The position numbers and the translations under genes were made by a program. A stretch of 63,727 nucleotides of DNA, counting the filler, from Folioceros fuciformis (taxonomy: Eukaryota): the NCBI GenBank assembly GCA_049999805.1. It is 16 parts of 16 records of this genome, joined end to end, with 100 filler letters (N's around TTAATTAATTAA, not from the genome) between each part and the next. Parts side by side here need not be neighbours in the genome. Positions count along the whole stretch, not along the records: positions 59,067 to 60,948 come from JBNGIO010003689.1; positions 61,049 to 63,727 come from JBNGIO010003692.1; 14 more parts are not named here. One strand, given 5' to 3'. The notes under the pieces were generated by a model, which was not told where the DNA came from, made no database searches, and worked only from the letters and a program-made list of their open reading frames with translations. This document shows, piece by piece, positions 59,384 to 63,727 of the stretch. Position 1 is the stretch's first letter. Each line of letters opens with the position of its first letter.

Positions 59384-60948
59384 CCGGCTGCATTCTAGAC
59401 ATATCAACTAACCTCAAAACTTTGGTTGTGTGCTCGATCTCCAATCCCAGTTTCTTGGCTGTATCCTCCGTCATAATATTCACCCCTGAACCTGTATCCA
59501 ACGGCACCCTCTTAATCACGCAGCCTGCAATTTCCACCTGCAGTTCAGCCGGTCCTTGGTCCACCATGGACACCATGTTGACCATAGGAGCCGACAACCT
59601 TGACCCTGATTTAGGTAGCCTCTTCCTCCTCTTGGGCTGGGCCTCCTGTAACACCTTCCGAACCTGCTGTCGATACTTAGGGTTATCCTTCAAGAGCTGG
59701 CCAAAGGTGACAGCAAATTGCTGGTCCATGATGGCTCCAGCCAAATCAAACGGCTTTTGGTCAGCTCCATCGGTCCCTTTTGTCACAGCTGCCACCTCCC
59801 TAGGTGGCAGACTTGCAGCCACGGGAGCTGACTCCCTGGCTGCCCTGTCCAGCTCCTCTTGGATCATGTCCAGCACTTCTCTCCTCACATCTAGAGGAAA
59901 TTCCAGGTTTTCCCCCCTTGCTGGACCTGCTCCAGCCTCTCCAGCCCCTGATTTTTCCTCTTTAGGGATCTGCCCTTCTTGGTCTCCCCCTTCTTGACCT
60001 GATTCCTCTCCATCCGGAATACTCTTCTCCTCCTCCTCCGATCCTGCAGCTGATTCTACTTCCTTCCCTTTCTTCTTGGCAGCCCGCTGCCTCCCTCTTC
60101 TCTTCCCACTGCGGGTACATACAGCCATGGCTGTATCCTCCCCATAGTAACCCTCCTTGGTGCTGTCCAGCCCCCTAAGAACCTTGGCCTCAGCCTCCTC
60201 CCAAACAGCCATGAGGGCATCTTCCACTTGCATGGCTGTTGCGGTCCCTTGAGGTGCTGCTTGCTGCACCCCCGTCACCGCCGGCTACGCTATTCTCACG
60301 CTCTTCCTAGGGTTCTGGCAAAGCACGCTGCCCGCCATGTGCCCCTGCTGTTTGCAGTCCTGGCACAACCTATCGAAATCCCCATTGGCCTGCCTAGTCG
60401 CTGATGGACAGCTGTTAGCATAGTGCCCAAATCCACGACAATTGTAGCACTGGACGACCCCCCCTGGTTGCCCAGCCACTCTTCCCACCTGGTTGTTGCG
60501 ACCACCCATGGCCATAGGGTTTCGCAGAATCGACGGGTGGGTGATCTTGGGGTACTGCTGACCTTGGGAAAATTCCTGGATTTGGTAGGAGTCCTCCACC
60601 GGCCACTCCTCCTCCTCCAAACCATAGGCCAGCAAGTGCACCTTGGCGCCTTGGCAATGGGTCTTGGTGTGGCCTTGCTCACCACAATTGGAACAAAATA
60701 AGTTAGCCCTGCCACTAGCTGCAGCCCTCCTCCTCTCATGCTCCTTAACAGCATGAAGGTGGAACTTCTCAAATTTGCTCAGCATTTCCTCCATCTTGGA
60801 TTCTTGCTGTTCCACCTTCTTGGTTGCAGCCTCAGCCTCTTTCTTAACCTGCTCCACTTCCCTCTTAGCATGGGCCACCTCTTGCTTGGCCTTGGTCAAA
60901 TCTTTGGCCTTCTTGGCCTCCCTCTTCTTCCTTGCCATCTCCTGCTCC
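59384..60948 (-). mobile_element. Ty3/Gypsy gag (three zinc knuckles) and aspartic protease
   Basis: CSNCGEQGHTKTHC, CYNCRGFGHYANSC and CQDCKQQGHMAGSVLC. Protease VPLDTGSGVNIM. One in-frame TAG at 60285. Confidence 0.9.
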
Positions 60949-62029
60949 NNNNNNNNNNNNNNNNNNNNNNNNNNNNNNNNNNNNNNNNNNNNTTAATTAA
61001 TTAANNNNNNNNNNNNNNNNNNNNNNNNNNNNNNNNNNNNNNNNNNNNCCACCTATGGTCATACCCGCCGGGACATCCTTAGTCACCAAGCCCTGCCCAA
61101 CTGACAGGCCCGAGGCCCTAACCTCTCGATCCAGCTAGGCACCTCACTACCTGGCTTCTTGATCCTACCAATCCACTAGCAGGCCAGCGACTACCTGGTT
61201 ATGACAGCTAGGCGGCCGTTGCCTAGATTCTACCCAGCCCGCATGCATCCGTCCCAGGCTCAAGGTTGTCGAGACTCCTCAGCGGTCCATCACCTTTCTT
61301 CTGCCTTTTGCCTGGACTTAGCTTGGCTGCTCTGCCTCTGTGGACTCCCAAGTCATCCAGCTTCGGCCAGCCCGACCGCTCCTGGTCATCGGGCTACTCG
61401 TCCAAACCCGGCCAACCAGCCAGGCCCCCAGCCTCCCTGGCCTGTTCTGAGCTCTAGCCTGGTCTATTGTCCAGCCTGGCTGGATCCACCAACCGGCCTA
61501 AAGCCTGGACCTGCAGGATTGCCTCCCATCAGCCCGGGTTGGACTGCTGGTTGGGTTCCAGCAACCCCGCCTAGCTGCCTACCTTGCCCCCTCCAGCGCT
61601 CCGNNNNNNNNNNNNNNNNNNNNNNNNNNNNNNNNNNNNNNNNNNNNNNNNNNNNNNNNNNNNNNNNNNNNNNNNNNNNNNNNNNNNNNNNNNNNNNNNN
61701 NNNACTGGATCTACCAACTAGCCTGGCCAGATCAACCAGTCGGTCTCCTATACCTTCTGCCTCGGCCGCGACTTCCCGGTCTCACCCAGGTCAAGTCAGC
61801 CGACCAATGTGGCTAGCTGAACAACTGGCCCATTCCTCATCCGACTACCCTCTAGCCTACTTACCCTTGGCCTAGGAACCAGAGCCCACCTCCTATCTAC
61901 CACACAACCTACCTACCCTATCGACTCACCATCACTCTAGCTACTATTCTAACCTAACCTTCCAACCTTTCCTCTACAACACTCACTCACAAATCCCAAA
62001 AAAAAGAAAACCTATCATTTCCCAGGGGT

Positions 62030-63415
62030 TTGTTCAGCATGTGGAGTCCATATATGCTAATCTCGTGTTTGAGCTGGAAGTGCTCGCCTCATTGCACATG
62101 TGGAGACCAATAAGGGATGTAGAGTGGAAGCCCGCTGAGCCAGTAGAAGCTGACTCTAGCAGCTGGGAGTTAGGCAATGTGAATAGCTCGGAGGAGGGGA
62201 CCCCCGCCAGGCAGAAGAGAAAGGCAGGGTTAGGGAAAAAGGCTCCTGCCAAGAGGAGACGGCCTAGTGGTTAGATTGTCAGAAAAGGAAGCGGGTCAGC
62301 GTCACAAGAAGTAGACCTGGAACGGGCTAAGGGGGAGCAGGGAGCTGTTCAAGAACCAGCAGACCAAGGGTTGGCAGAGCAGGAACCGAACGAAGAGGAA
62401 CTAGAAGCACCCCAGGAACAAATGCCAGCAATGGAAGTGGCCCCTCCTAAGGGAAGGGGTGAATTAGGGCATGCTCAGGAGGAGGAAGCCTTTCTAGAAT
62501 GGGAGGATGTTTTTAGGAAAATTCCTCAGGTGGATAGGTTGCAGGCAGGGGAGCTGGAGAAGATACAAGCACTGTTGGGGAGGCAGATAACCAAGAGGGG
62601 AATGGCTCCTGTGGAGTCGCAGGAGGTGGATCTGCCAGGACTAATCTCAGCCATGGTGCAGGCACAAGCAACGTGTTGGACCCGGTGGCTAGGTCATTGA
62701 CCTGGCTGAGCAGGTAGGCGGAGAAGGAGGCCGAGGCCCGAAGTGGGGAGGCAGAGGCAAGAGGAAAGGAGTTCAAAGCCTAGAGACAGCTGGCAAAGTC
62801 TGAAACGGCACGAGGGTTCCTGGAAGAACGGCGGGTCCTGAGCGAGGGCAAGGCACAAGCAAAAGAAAAGGCGCGCCAGGCCAAGGCAACATGAGTCGCT
62901 CCTAGCTCAGGTGAGGGTAGCGAATGAGACTAATTTGGAAATACAGCAGGAGGTGGCCAAGGCTCAAGAGCTGGAGATGGGTGCGATGGAACAAGCCCAG
63001 AAGCTAGCGGACAGGTACAAACGGGAGCGGGACGAGGCTAGAGAGCGAGTAAAAGGGAAGGGCAAGGCTGGGCGCAGTGGTCGGGCGACGACGCCGGTAG
63101 CCGGAAGGGCTACCGGTAGTCCAGTTCCAGAACCGGTAGCCGGAGGGGCTACCAGTAGTCTCGCGACGCTCGAGGTAGTTGAAGGGGCTACTGGTGGAGG
63201 AGGTACGGCACCGGTAGCTGAAGCCACGACCTCGGTAGCCAAAGCAATAAGGGCAGAGGCGCCTGTGCCCAGGAGTTCCAAGAGGGCAACTCACACCAGG
63301 CAGAATGAGCTGGGGGAAGCAGTAGCAGCTGGGGGAATGGAGGACTCTCAGGTACCCCGAGAGAGCAGGGGTCAAGCAGCTCGAGGTAGCCCAAGGGAGG
63401 AAGGGGTAAGCACCT
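62030..63415 (+). mobile_element. Degenerate accessory ORF (acidic/coiled-coil) of a probable Gypsy-type element
   Basis: Broken ORFs 62041-62274, 62371-62700 and 62911-63415. The end is homologous to ~32850-32930 and is cut by LTR B. Confidence 0.5.
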
Positions 63416-63727
63416 TGTGGAGGCAAAACCCCGGACACTGATTGCCGACGGGTCCCACCTTTAGTGGCCACACTTATCCCACTGTCGTTGAGACATTGGG
63501 TTTCGTTCCCACGAAGGAGCGATGGGGTTCCTTGCTGCTGTGGATGGAGGGTCGGACTTGATCGACTCGATGATGGATTCGAGGGCTCCCCTCCAGCTCC
63601 GATCAGGCGTAGGACAGGCCTCGCTGTCTGGCGGTCAGCTGCACCTCTCTCGGTGCCCACAAACTCACTCTAGTCACTACAACGACTCTAACCTCTCAGA
63701 TCTACGTCTTCCCTCACACACTTCACT
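63416..63727 (-). mobile_element. LTR family B 3' end, inverted
   Basis: TGTGGAGGCAAAACCCCGG... is the reverse complement of ~3400-3712. Confidence 0.85.

Noticed and set aside
60279-60290. Programmed stop readthrough between gag and protease
   Set aside because: The homologous copy near 20110 has sense codons at this position, so the TAG is probably a mutation.

Overview
Eukaryotic (land-plant) nuclear DNA, not one contiguous locus. Sixteen small scaffolds are joined by 15 artificial 100-nt linkers (N44-TTAATTAATTAA-N44), and there are many internal N gaps. Host genes recognised: thioredoxin-like 3-3, a ~20-exon nucleolin, a PLS-class PPR protein with a DYW:KP-type deaminase domain, SERF/4F5, the 5' part of an LRR-VIII-1-like receptor kinase, a DUF7086-type protein, MICU, a LAX2-like RAWUL protein and a damaged small HSP. 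The rest is mostly decayed, nested retroelements: two large LTR families, Copia and Gypsy fragments, gag-only Copia derivatives, an L1 3' end and a CRE-like RT. The most interesting signal is the PPR gene (11962-14268). Its C-terminal domain has the KPAxA box and HAE catalytic motif of the class linked to reverse U-to-C organellar RNA editing, but with an unusual DAA terminus and a shortened gating region. With the compact introns this suggests a non-seed plant, most likely a hornwort (inference). Other notable items are whole exon+intron tandem duplications in nucleolin, LTR ends that repeatedly sit inside other retroelements, and a 29-bp satellite apparently born from a Gypsy protease region. 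Family assignments come from motif recognition by eye; no searches were run.
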